60,257 nucleotides of DNA. It comes from Podarcis erhardii. Lineage: Eukaryota. Location: assembly GCA_964252035.1 (NCBI GenBank), contig CAXUOO010000130.1. One strand, given 5' to 3'. The translations under genes were made by a program, and so were the position numbers. The notes under the pieces were generated by a model, which searched no databases, was not told the origin of the DNA, and saw nothing but the letters and a program-made list of their open reading frames with translations. Numbering within the stretch: the first letter of the stretch is position 1; every line of letters starts with the position of its first letter. Positions 14,151 through 25,900 of this stretch are shown piece after piece.

Positions 14151-16961
14151 GTATGTGCAAGTTGGTAAATTCTAAGTCCCAAAGCCTTGCGGTAATGAAA
14201 AATACTTTTCTACACGGAACAAAGATTGTAATAAAGCTACGAGTTTGAAAAGGAATACGGCAAAAGAACAATAGTTGCACTTCGACATGCAGATAAAGAT
14301 AGTCATTGAAATGGTGCAAGAGAGAATACTGAGACATACAGCATAAAGCAATATTACGAGCAATCTTGTATATCACGGCACCATTCTTCTGATAGAAATT
14401 AGCAATTAAAGTTGAATTTTCGCAAAATAAACTCGCCGTATTTCCGCTTCCTCGGAGTTACGCAGCAAATGCTGACGAGTGTTGCGTCAATTTGCTGTGC
14501 AATTCTCTCCTCTCATGATACACGAGGTTAATTCCTCACTAACGTCACCCCCTCCCAAGTGGAAAAGTGCGTGGTGTAATGAGATTACTAGAACAGACAC
14601 ATACAGACGGTACAAGGAATGTGAAACTGACATATCGTGGAAAAACGCATCTCAAAAGCTAGCGGCGACCTAGTGACATTTTGCTCTCAGTGGCCATCCA
14701 AAAAAAAAGCACATATAGAAAAAGCAACCTTCTCTTTGCCAGCGCCAAATCTCTCGAATATTGCCTTCACGAACCGCATACGCTTCGTGGCCATCACTGC
14801 ATAGCGTCACCGTCCGTAGGAATCGCTTACACTGGAAGATAAAGATTGCTCAGTGGTTGACTACCCAATCATCCGCCACTTCAGCATTTCGAAACAGCTT
14901 TCAGCGATTGTGATCTAGTGATGATAAGTTCACAGCATATAAACTTAACATAGGCATAACAGCATATTATCTCCGAGTCGATGTCATATTGGTTCATGAA
15001 TCTAGCTACATCATACGAAAAGAATCACATAAAAAGCTTGTCAACGCTTCGTATTAATGTCGCCTTGACGCGTTCAACGATATCTTGAATAATGCAGAAT
15101 CTACATATGGGCACATCTCGCTGGTGGACTTTCATATGAATTTTAGGGAAACTCACGTCACGACAAAAACCAATAAATTCAGTAACGAAGATGACGGAAT
15201 TAGCTATGCAGAGCTCTTCATGTCCCGTGAAAATTGTGCAAGTCTTTCTCGAACTACTAATCAGAAAGATGAAGACCGACCTGCATCTTCGTGCAACCGT
15301 ATTAGGAGGGGGACGGAATGTGTACATTGCTTCTATGAATTGAAGTCCACTATTAACCAAAGGAGATGGTGGTTTACGAACGAATACTATTTATTTACGT
15401 TGTCCTCAATTAGCTGACTCTTGCTCAAGGCTGCTAGCTTCCATACGTTGCGTAGATTTGCAGGTCGTGCATAGTACCCTCTGCATCAAAAGTTTTCCGA
15501 GTTAAAAAGAAGTAGAGCACTAAAGGATAAAAATTCATGTTTATCGTACGAAAGAGCGCGAAATTTTCAAACGGAGTCTATGTTTCTTCAGTTGAGTTAT
15601 AAAAACACTCGTAAGGCTTCTATAAGCTAAGAGCAATATATTTGTAAGTTTGCTTGGACGATTTTGGTGCAAGAAGCTGACCTCGCTTCTATCAGGTTAG
15701 AATCTGAAATGATACGCGTGCTACAGAGACAAAGTATGAACTTTCCAGAGTCGAAGATATTCTGTAATCGACTTGGACAACGTTTTATATATTTTCATAT
15801 CAATTCTAGCTCAATATAATGGTAAGTCATCATACACTGTGCGACACCGTCTAGCGGAACATCTTGATCCTTGAATTGCTCGTAACTAATAGACAGGCTT
15901 CTGTGTAATCTACTAAACGTGCAAAAAGGATTCTAATATTTTTTTGGAAAACTCTCACCCGGGACCTCACTTAAATAATCGTATACATCAAACCTTGTGA
16001 TATATGCTCTTTCTGCGCAGGGAATCCGCCAATCGTCCTTCCTGCTTGACGTGTGCGAAAATCGCGATGTGCAAAACACATGAAGAATTTGACGTCACAG
16101 TCCACCTAGACGGACGATTAACTCATCTTTTCTGCAATACTATGTAGTACGCCCTAAAGAAGCTGTATTAAAGAGTGAACTTACAAAGAAAAAAAGGGTC
16201 AGCAGGTGTTATTATCATCGCAACTTAAACTGAAGTAACAGTAATAATATCTTTCATCTCAGGCATCAAATTCTGCCCACAGCAACAAATTTCAGCAAGC
16301 ATATTCTTCCAATTGATGTCGCAAAGCAAATAAACCCATTACTTATTATTATTCAATTTTAAGCAGATTCACCTGTATCGACGCAACGAGACAAGCCAAA
16401 CGTGGCAGTTCCCATGGCTGTCTGCGGAAATACAGGTATTTTAATGCAGAAATCGAAAAGCCGATAGTGTAGAAAATTTTTACACTTTCTTAAAATCATG
16501 ATCAATCCTCTCATCATAAGTATGAATACAGTCTCAAACGACGATGTAACGGACCATTCTGAGGACGGACGCACCCGAAGGTAATACCGAATCAGCGTGA
16601 TATAACCACGCTTTTTGTTCTGTCCAGAAATGTTATCTCTACGAAGAAAGATAGCGTGTGAATCAGTTGGAATGAAACGCATACGCTGTTTTTCACAACA
16701 GAAAACACCTTTACAGAAGATCTTACAATCCTCTGGAGATTCCTTCAATACAATTGACCTGATTTTTGTCAAAGAAAACTACAACTTCGCGATGTTTAGC
16801 TGCTGATAAAAGAAAGGTCAGACAGAAACGACTACGACGAAATTCCCGAAAAAAGAGAGTAGAAAAAAAAGCTTGAAAAAGATAGAATCTTAGTTAGCAA
16901 GTAGCGCATCCCTCAAATAACGAAATCTGAGTGCTTCAATACCAACATGGCCTTCTCATTA

Positions 16962-19900
16962 TTACGTAGGCAGAAATGACTTCCGATGTGCGTTTGTGAT
17001 AAGTCTCAACGTGGTGCTCCAAGAAACAGCTGGGACGTGGAAGGGCGTCACGCAGCACCGAGGGTCTCCTTCATGAGAGAAATGCTCTGCAGCAAGAACT
17101 TCTGCTAACTTTGACTGAAAACCACCACCTCCGGCGAGAATTTGACTTGATATTTCCTCAGCTGCAACTGCAGTGCAGTGAAGACCGCTCATCTCAGTAT
17201 ACCTATCTCGCTGGGCACAGATTTTCAGGCATGCCACAAACTTTTCACCCGCAGGAGGGCACCACCCAGAGCCAGACGATTCAGCACTTTCAATATTTAT
17301 ATAGTCTGGAATGTTTTCTCCAGTAGGCAAAACTAAAAATGGGCAAGGTAAGCGTCTCAAACTAAGTTCACGATCTGGAGTGTCAAAAGCCAAGTCCAAT
17401 GTTGAAGGCTGAAACAAAAACCCCCCATGCACCACACTCCAGAGCAATTTGATTACTTTCCAAGTACTCCTTGCTCCGTTTTCTTTGCATTCCCTTCTAG
17501 TAAGACGGTGGATTATACACAAACCGCAAAATTTATCACCGTAAATGCAAGTTTGGTAAACGAAGAACACCTGCAAAAAAGTTTTTACTACTGCGCCGCT
17601 GAATTTCGAAAGAATTTGCAACGCGTTCCACCAAAATACGCAGCTTCACATAAGTGACTAGAAATATACACTGAACATACATGGGGAAAGGCATCCCGAT
17701 TACGTCTCATATCTCTGATCTCAAAGCACGAGCACATCTCCTCCCTGCTAGCAGCGATCTAGGAAGAAGAATCTCAACTCACTTTTACATCGCCACATGC
17801 CATTTGCATTGCGATACGCAACAGATTTTGTCGATCTGACAGCAAGCCATTAACCTCCTACGGAACACTTACGGAGAAATTTTGTATATACGTCGCGGAC
17901 TGTACATGCTACACTGAACAGGGGGCTATGGTACAAACTGTCAACAAGCTCAACGTTGATCACAATCGCCACAACCGCCAAATACGTGTACACGCCAAAA
18001 GCAAAGTTCGCAGTATCTGCTTATTCAAACAGGGTAGAAACGTTACCCCGTGTGTACCCAATCGTGAATTTCACTAATCTTTAGAAAACGGAGGGCTGAA
18101 AATAATTTCTGTGTGAAATGTCTCCTTGTTTTGTTTTACAGACGCCACGTACGTTATTAAATCTATTATTTCTGTGCTCTATTGCATTATGGTACCAGCT
18201 TACATTTCGCCCGCATACCCATTTGTACTGTGTGTTCCCGGTAACGCCTGCCTGTAAGACTTCGTCTCTCAAATGCGTCTGCTCATACGAGACCTTTGGT
18301 ATAGAATCTGCAGAACAACGCACACAGATATCGCACACAACGGACACTCTACACAGGTGAGCTGTGACGGTCTTTTAAGTCAGAAGAAGCTGCTCCACAT
18401 CACTCTCATGAAAAAAGGTGCTGCAGTAAAATCATTGAGCTTAAAGTTGCAGCGTCCTTGCTAGAGAATTGACTCGTGATTGAAGCCCAGAGCAAGACGT
18501 ACACGGCCACAACCATGACTTCATAAAGAACTTGTAATTCAACACAAATGTGAAAAATGTTCGACAAACGGAGCAAACAGAAGGACTACCTATGGGTGCG
18601 ATTGATGCAGAAGATTTCGGTCCAGCATACGTCAAAACTGAATCATTACCAAGATTTCCGTGTTGTTTGAAAGAAAAAACCGTTGATACTTTTTGCTGGA
18701 GACCTGAAAGACCTGTCTGCGCGCTGCACTGTGTTGTCAGCTTGGTGACTAATTGTCCATTTCCAGCTCGCGAGTAGTGCAGCCTCCCCATAACCTTATC
18801 GAGGTCACCAGCAGAACAGCACTGCACCGCTGCTGGCTGATTTTGAATCGAAGGAACAGCTCGCGAATCAACATTGCTCGTATTAAGTTGGCGTATCTGC
18901 TGTTGCCAGTGTTGCTGGGCTACTAGTACATCTACATGACGATCAGAAGGTATCTTTAAAGCTGAAGATAGATACTGGAATGTCAGGCGCTCTTCTTCAA
19001 ATGCGATCGACACGCATACACCCAAACCGCCAAAACGCCCAGCGCGACCACTCCGGTGTAGGAGGGTCTGCTGATCCTGTAAAACTCAGAAAACTGATTG
19101 AATGTTCGCTCCTACCACGGAAAAGTAAACTTCTATCAGTTAGCAGTCTCAAATAAACATATTAATATAGAGAAATTCATCATTACAAGCACGGTGTAGG
19201 AAGGTCTGCTGATCCTGTAAAACTCAGAAAACTGATTGAATGTTCGCTCCTACCACGGAAAAGTAATCTTCTATCAGTTAGCAGTCTCAAATAAACATAT
19301 TAATATAGAGAAATTCATCATTACAAGCACGGTGTAGGAGGGTCTGCTGATCCTGTGAAACTCAGAAAACTGATTGAATGTTCGCTCCTACCACGGAAAA
19401 GTAAACTTCTATCAGTTAGCAGTCTCAAATAAACATATTAATATAGAGAAATTCATCATAACAAGCACCGCACAACGCCGCTACTATACGAAAGCACATC
19501 GCACATCACTAAAACGCTTCAAAGTCGGCAACTTGACAGCTGATAAAGACTTACTCTCGGAATATCCAAGTTCACCACAAGGTCCACCGCAGCAGCATCG
19601 ATGCCGCGACTTATCTGTTAAAGTAATGTCACATATTATTCATCAGAATGCTGTATCTGTGCAATATAGCCGGTAACTTCCACTACACTATGCGCATGAT
19701 CGCTAGACGAGATATGTAAAAAATTGAGCGAACTCACATTTAGACACGTTCCAAAGTCAAAGTGCTTACGACTCAGAACTGGCCGCGAATTGTTTTTCCC
19801 TCATAGCTGCATGTAACGAAGTTTTTCTTGATGGTCTTACAAATTATCAAAGCGTAAATTTGTATGTATGCTCCACTATCCAAACATATAGTTTTATTAT

Positions 19901-22900
19901 GTCGAAGTCTTTAATATGTGAGTTTCTTGTTTTATTAGGAAATCAAATGAAATTTCCTTGGAGCCTTAGATCAGGTCTTTCAGCAAGTCTGCAGAATTGA
20001 TCACTACAACTACACATTATTGGCACCGTTTTCCAAACTATCCGCATCAGTAATCTCTCTCTCTACTTTCAAATACAGAAATTGGAGCTTGGACAACATA
20101 CCTCTCCCCAGCAAGACAAACTTTTCTTGCTTCAACTACCTTTGAGTTTATGTCAGCTCCGCTTAAATTCATAAAACGGAGCGTTCTCGTCACCATATAT
20201 CGCGACAACTACCTGCGCATTTGAACTTCAATTTATGGAGTGGCTGCAGAACTTACACTACAAAGAAGCTCGCCTTGCAAAAATTATTGTGCAATGCCGG
20301 CCATAAACAAAATTCATCGAGGAAGTAACAAAGACGAGATGTTTAGAAGTCCTCATCAAGAAAGTGCAGGTAAACTTACAACATCCGAGCAGACCAGCAC
20401 GCGGCAGTAAACACGTTTCAGCGCCAGAAGATTGCGCAGGCGAGTTTCCTGCGCTACTTTTGAGCTGAAGGCAAAACACATGCAGTCAAACGGATCACCG
20501 AACCGTGAACATTATCACCGAAAATATGAAATTTTCTAAGTGTATTCTGCCTACATTCAAGAGCATCTCTTGCACAAATGCAGGCACCAGACCTGACATT
20601 TTTGCATATCGCTAACAGACTAAAAAGACTGCTTGCAAAAATAGTTCACGAGATTAGTCGCCTGCGTTCTTGGGAGGTCAGGTGAAGGTCCGCTGTCGTT
20701 TTCAAACTCAGTAGTCAACTCTCAACGTAAGCCCGACAGTATTTCCTTACACTCAAACAGTTCAACTCCAGTTCGCATGAAATATCAGCATGCACCGCGC
20801 GTTCTTGACACAATGGAGTTTCGCTTACCTAGTATATAATGCCGGAACACCAAGTTGCGACAGACACTCTGCAACTTGGGCTCCGCTGTGCAGAGAAAGC
20901 AAAACAAAAAATCAACGATGATATTAACAAAATACGTGAGACCAGTGAGAAACAATCAGTAAGTCGCGTTCAGGAAAGGTTTGCCTCTTTACATCAAGAA
21001 TGACAGAACGGATGAAATCAAGTATGATAAGCAACACATAAAAAATTGTTTTAGGGCAGAATTATATAATTTAGTCTCAAAACACACTCCGCACCTATTT
21101 ATTTTCATAAAAGCAAGATGGCACTAGCCATTTACTACCAAATGATTGGATGGTACTATAACGTTTGATCCGCAGAGAAAGCCGAACTACAACCTTCAAT
21201 CTTCAAACAAGGCATTAATGCGATTCATATACATATGCATAGTCAACCTTAAAGTAGAAGAAAGAACATGTGATTAAAAACTACGTTGAGAGCATATTTG
21301 AAAAACCCCACAACGCATATCAGTGACATACACCGTGTCTCGCAAATCTAAGAATAGTAGCGCGTGCAACGTATGAGCTACCGAAAGCTGCAAAATAACT
21401 TTTCTTTTTCCTTGGACACATGACTACTTCAAAGTCCTGAGGATGAAAATACACACGTATATGCGCGAAGTTATCCTACGATCTTATTTTTTTTTTCTTG
21501 ATTTGTTGTGTTTTTCCCTCACTTTCTTCGTGATAGAAGAATTTGTACAATACATACATATATATTTAGATATAGATACAGACACATATACGTACATGGA
21601 ACACGTGTCTCCGAGTATATACGTTTGTAATCTACTGGTACGGAATAAAAAAATATTAGCTCCAACGCTTGCATCAACTACTTCGCAACGTGTACGACTA
21701 AGTGTGTAAGCAGTATTTTACGTTATGAGAATTAGTTTCAGTTATTTAACAAACCAGTGTGTAATCAAGAAAGACTCGTACACACCGCCTAGACAACATA
21801 ATCGGGAACAACATACGAAGTTGTAAAATTGCTGTCACAGAGCATTCTAAAAACTAGTAGTAACAGAAGTTTATCAATACCTTGATTTGAACAGTTGCAC
21901 GCGCTGCATTGTATTCTACACACTTATTTGTTCTATAATTGATAATGACGCTTATAACGTATAATAATGCTTACATCTCAGGGCTATTACAAAACACTAT
22001 CGCTTGCCGAAAAGCAACATTCGTGAGCACCTGCCGTAAAGCCTCAACCTTTGCACCCAGCTGCCGCATCAGAGATGGCTCATCCGGCAAAACGAGCAGC
22101 GCATATTTGAGCCCTGAGGAACACCAGACAGAGAATATGCTTTTTACCAGAGAATGTGTTTGCTAAGCAATCCGAAGTTTTTCGGAGCAGTGCATGTGAA
22201 GAAGTTCGAATCAGATGGTTCAGCTACGACATATCGACGCACATCAAACGGTTGAAAAATGCTAGTTTGTCACGTTATCGGACGTCTCTCATGAAGGAAC
22301 GTCCGCGGAAGCGTCCAAACGACGGATCTGGTAATTCTGTACACATTAGAGAAGACGAAAAAATGATTAGCACATAGATGATACACGCAAGTGTGTCTGC
22401 ACATACAACTAGCAACCTTATGCTGATGATAGTTGATAGAGATTCGGCTATGTTCTTCAACTCTCTAAACAAGCGTTTTCACTCTTTTTCGCACGTGTAA
22501 AGTCAAGCTTCGATCCTAACTTATGTACCGGAAAGAAGAGGCAAAGGCGCTGCTTTGCTGGCTCCGCTGCCTTGCGCGTCCGAGGCGGTCCTCTTCGTCG
22601 CATCACCGCCTGCCTTTTGTGTAAACTTCTCCTTGACAATCATGTCGCCCGCCTCCACGCTCTTATCCGCTTCCGAACCAACAGCACTATTTGCCGTTTC
22701 AGTGCACACATCCCCCCCAACAACTGGAAGAAAACACCCCGAAGAAGACGGCGACTTTGTCAAAAACGTGTCTACTACGATGCCTTTTGATGAAGATCTT
22801 CTGCAGCTACCTCTCTTCAGATCTTCGCCGTCGGGAACCTGCTCGTTAGTGCGATTTGTTTCCTCTGACCGAAGAACCGCCGCATTTGGCGCTTCATTGC

Positions 22901-25900
22901 AAGGAGATTGGGAATTCTGCTCGCTTAGTTGTTCTTCTTCGTGTCGCACTCGCAACGGCTGATGCTGATGCAGCTTCGGCTGCGAAATGTTTGTCCGATT
23001 GTCATGCGCATCATTGTGAGCACAAGACCCACTCATCGGAGTCTGCAAATCTGCTTGTTGTTCTGTCCCAGTCTCTGCCGCTCTCGCTGTCTCGCGTTCT
23101 ACTCCACTAGCAGCAGCTTTCGAAATGAGATGACTGTGGAAAAACTCGCGCTCTTTGTGTACGACGAAAGAAGAGCAGAGATGTATACGTTCGAAAATAC
23201 GACGACGTTTCACCGGTGAACTGAAGCTCGCGGACAGTCTGTTGTCGACTTGAAGCTGAGGACGCTCGCAAGCTGTTGCGTGCATATTCTCTTGCACAGC
23301 ATGACGTGGTGTAGAGGAATACGGAGGTATGTCGAGGAGATGAGAAGTATCTGAAGTTTTCGAGACGCTCTGATCTGCCTGCCTGGATTGTTCTTCAGCT
23401 AGTCCTTTGCCACCATCTTCGTAGAAGCCGCTCAAATACCTCAACACTGCAGCACTGCGAGACGCCGCCGCTGCTGCCGCATGAGCAGCAACAAAGGCGT
23501 CCACCTCTGTTGCATCTCGTGAAATTACATCATCATTAGTCTCTGAGTCACTCTCCGCACATTCATTTGACTGCTTTACTGTATGCCTGGTTGACTCGCA
23601 GCCGTGCACGATAGCAGCAGCATTTTGCAACAGCTGCTGCTCATGTTCTCTACGGTCGCCCCTCTGCTTTACATTTTTTGCGTCAGCTGTGCGACAGAGA
23701 TCTTCCAGAAAACTAATGCAGAAGGGCGGCAGTGTTGCAGAGAAGGCCATCAGTTGTGTGTGCGGTTGCAGCAAGTCCATAATGAGCTTCCTGTACAGCC
23801 AATGCCAAGCAAATACACTCGAGCAGTAACATCTTGTACAGCTGGAAATCCGCGCGCATTTGAAGCTATCATTCTCGACCAGAAAATGCACCTCTGCAAC
23901 ATTGAAGAATTTTTGAATGTCACCGTTCGACAGCTTATGCAAATACACTTGCTTCCTCAAATTTTGCGTGCACGCACGGAGGAAAGAAAGTAGCTTCCCA
24001 AATCTGACTTTCTTCACGCTAAATGAGAAATTTAGTATTCTGGAGAGAGACCTCATACGAGAGAGCCTCGAGTGCCACCTGTGCAAATCAGGAATCAACA
24101 ACACGCAATGAGTGCATAGCCGCCGAAGCACTCTACACGTCGCTGCAGCTCAGTTCAATGCTACTTTCTTCTTCATCGAACAAGCTCTTTCCTACACATC
24201 AACCAAGAACGCGTTGCCCTACTGTAACTGAAGCCGAAAAAAGTGATCAAGAAGCATGTCGGCCTCGTCCAAAACCACCGTCTCCAAATGCTGCTGAATG
24301 TGCCGAGTTAGCAGCGCGAGCCGCTTCTGAGATTTTTTTCCACAACGATGTGCCCCCGGTGAAAGTTGTTGGGCCGAAATTCCACAAGGTTGACCAGGGT
24401 TTGCACTATGCTGCGAAACAAACGGGTCATTCCCATGGTCCTTGGCAATTCCCTCAGAAATCTCGCTATCAACATGTACGTTTTCACAGCTGAAGCCCGA
24501 TTCATTGTACCGGAAATTGGCAGCTGTGCCGTTATTATCGGAACAAAGCGTATGCGATAGATTAGCTAAACTTTTCGCTTGAGCAAATGTTTCATGGCTG
24601 ATCCCGGGATGCAAGTGATGGAAAGCTGACGAATCGCGGCAGCAGGGCCAAAGAGCTGCCACCTGCTGTGACGCCTTGTTCCGCAGCAAACTAAGTAATC
24701 TTCCTGACACACAAGAAAAACGAACAAACATACATAACACAACTTCTTCATGTGTGGCAGTGTATACGTTGCTCGTCAGTTTCTACTTTCTTCTGGCCCA
24801 ACTCTCACAGAAACTACTGCATACCAGCCGACAGCGCGCCTAACAAAGGTACTTTTTAATCTCATTCGTCTGAACAGATTTATCTTTACATTACCACAGG
24901 GAGAACAACAGGCGATACCTGGCAGCAATTCAGACCTCGATTTTGCAAATGAGAAATACAGCAAAGAGAACTGATGATGCGTGCCTAGAATTTTACATCT
25001 GCGTGGTGATATGATTCGTGGTTTCATTAATTGCGGAGCAGAAAGCGCTATATTACGTACCGAAAAAAAGGGCGACCAAGCTACTGTGTTCGTGAACTTT
25101 CGAGTAAGAACAGCGATGTCGACAATAGGTAAAGAAACTGTAAGACCACGTTTTTCAACGGACAGCCGTACAATAGAATAATCCAAATATATCTTTGCGT
25201 GTACAGACTTCAAAGCGTTTAGATACTTATCAGTCAGAGCTTGCAGCTTTCCCTGGCGCAAAGCAGCGTCGCGAAGAAAATCCTGTAAACTTCTGCAATT
25301 GATGTCGGCCACTGACTGATTCACCCGTGCGAATGTGATACACACTTGTAAATAAACCGCTCTCATGGAACTATTTGCTGATAGTGCCACTGTTTCTTTG
25401 ATGGTTTCCGTACGTTAAAGCCGCAATCAAAATCAAAGTGCTCTACCAATATTTCTGGCCCGTAAAACGATTTACGCTTGACATCAGCTTGACCACCACT
25501 GCAAACATATTTTCGAAAACTTTCTCCACGCCAGCATAATACACACAGCAAACTGTTGGCGACTCAAGTTATTGTAAAAAAAGTCGAGGTGGCGACACGC
25601 GCAGCAAAACCTTCAAAAACTTTTCACACGGTGGAGAGCCAATTGGCTATATACGATCCAAATAATCAATTATGATTACCTGGTGTGCTGATAAGAATAT
25701 GCGGACGCTGATAGAGCTGCTGTTGACACGCACACAATCGCCGACCTCCAAAAAGGCACGCATATCGCAGGCGCTGCGAAGCAACACATTCAAATCATTT
25801 CGTGATACAAAACACAATTGCTGGAAAGCAACGCTGAATTCAACATCACAAAAACTGAACCCTTGTAGAACGTATTCGGCGAGCTGAAAATGATCCGCAA

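Noticed and set aside
19054-19468. Interpretation of the 138-bp array as a CRISPR-like array
   Set aside because: No unique spacers, eukaryotic context and no cas genes; it is a plain tandem duplication.
24078-24222. Alternative upstream acceptor at 24078 for DDX20-like exon 5
   Set aside because: Phase-compatible, but the 23790 acceptor gives the normal DEAD-to-SAT spacing.
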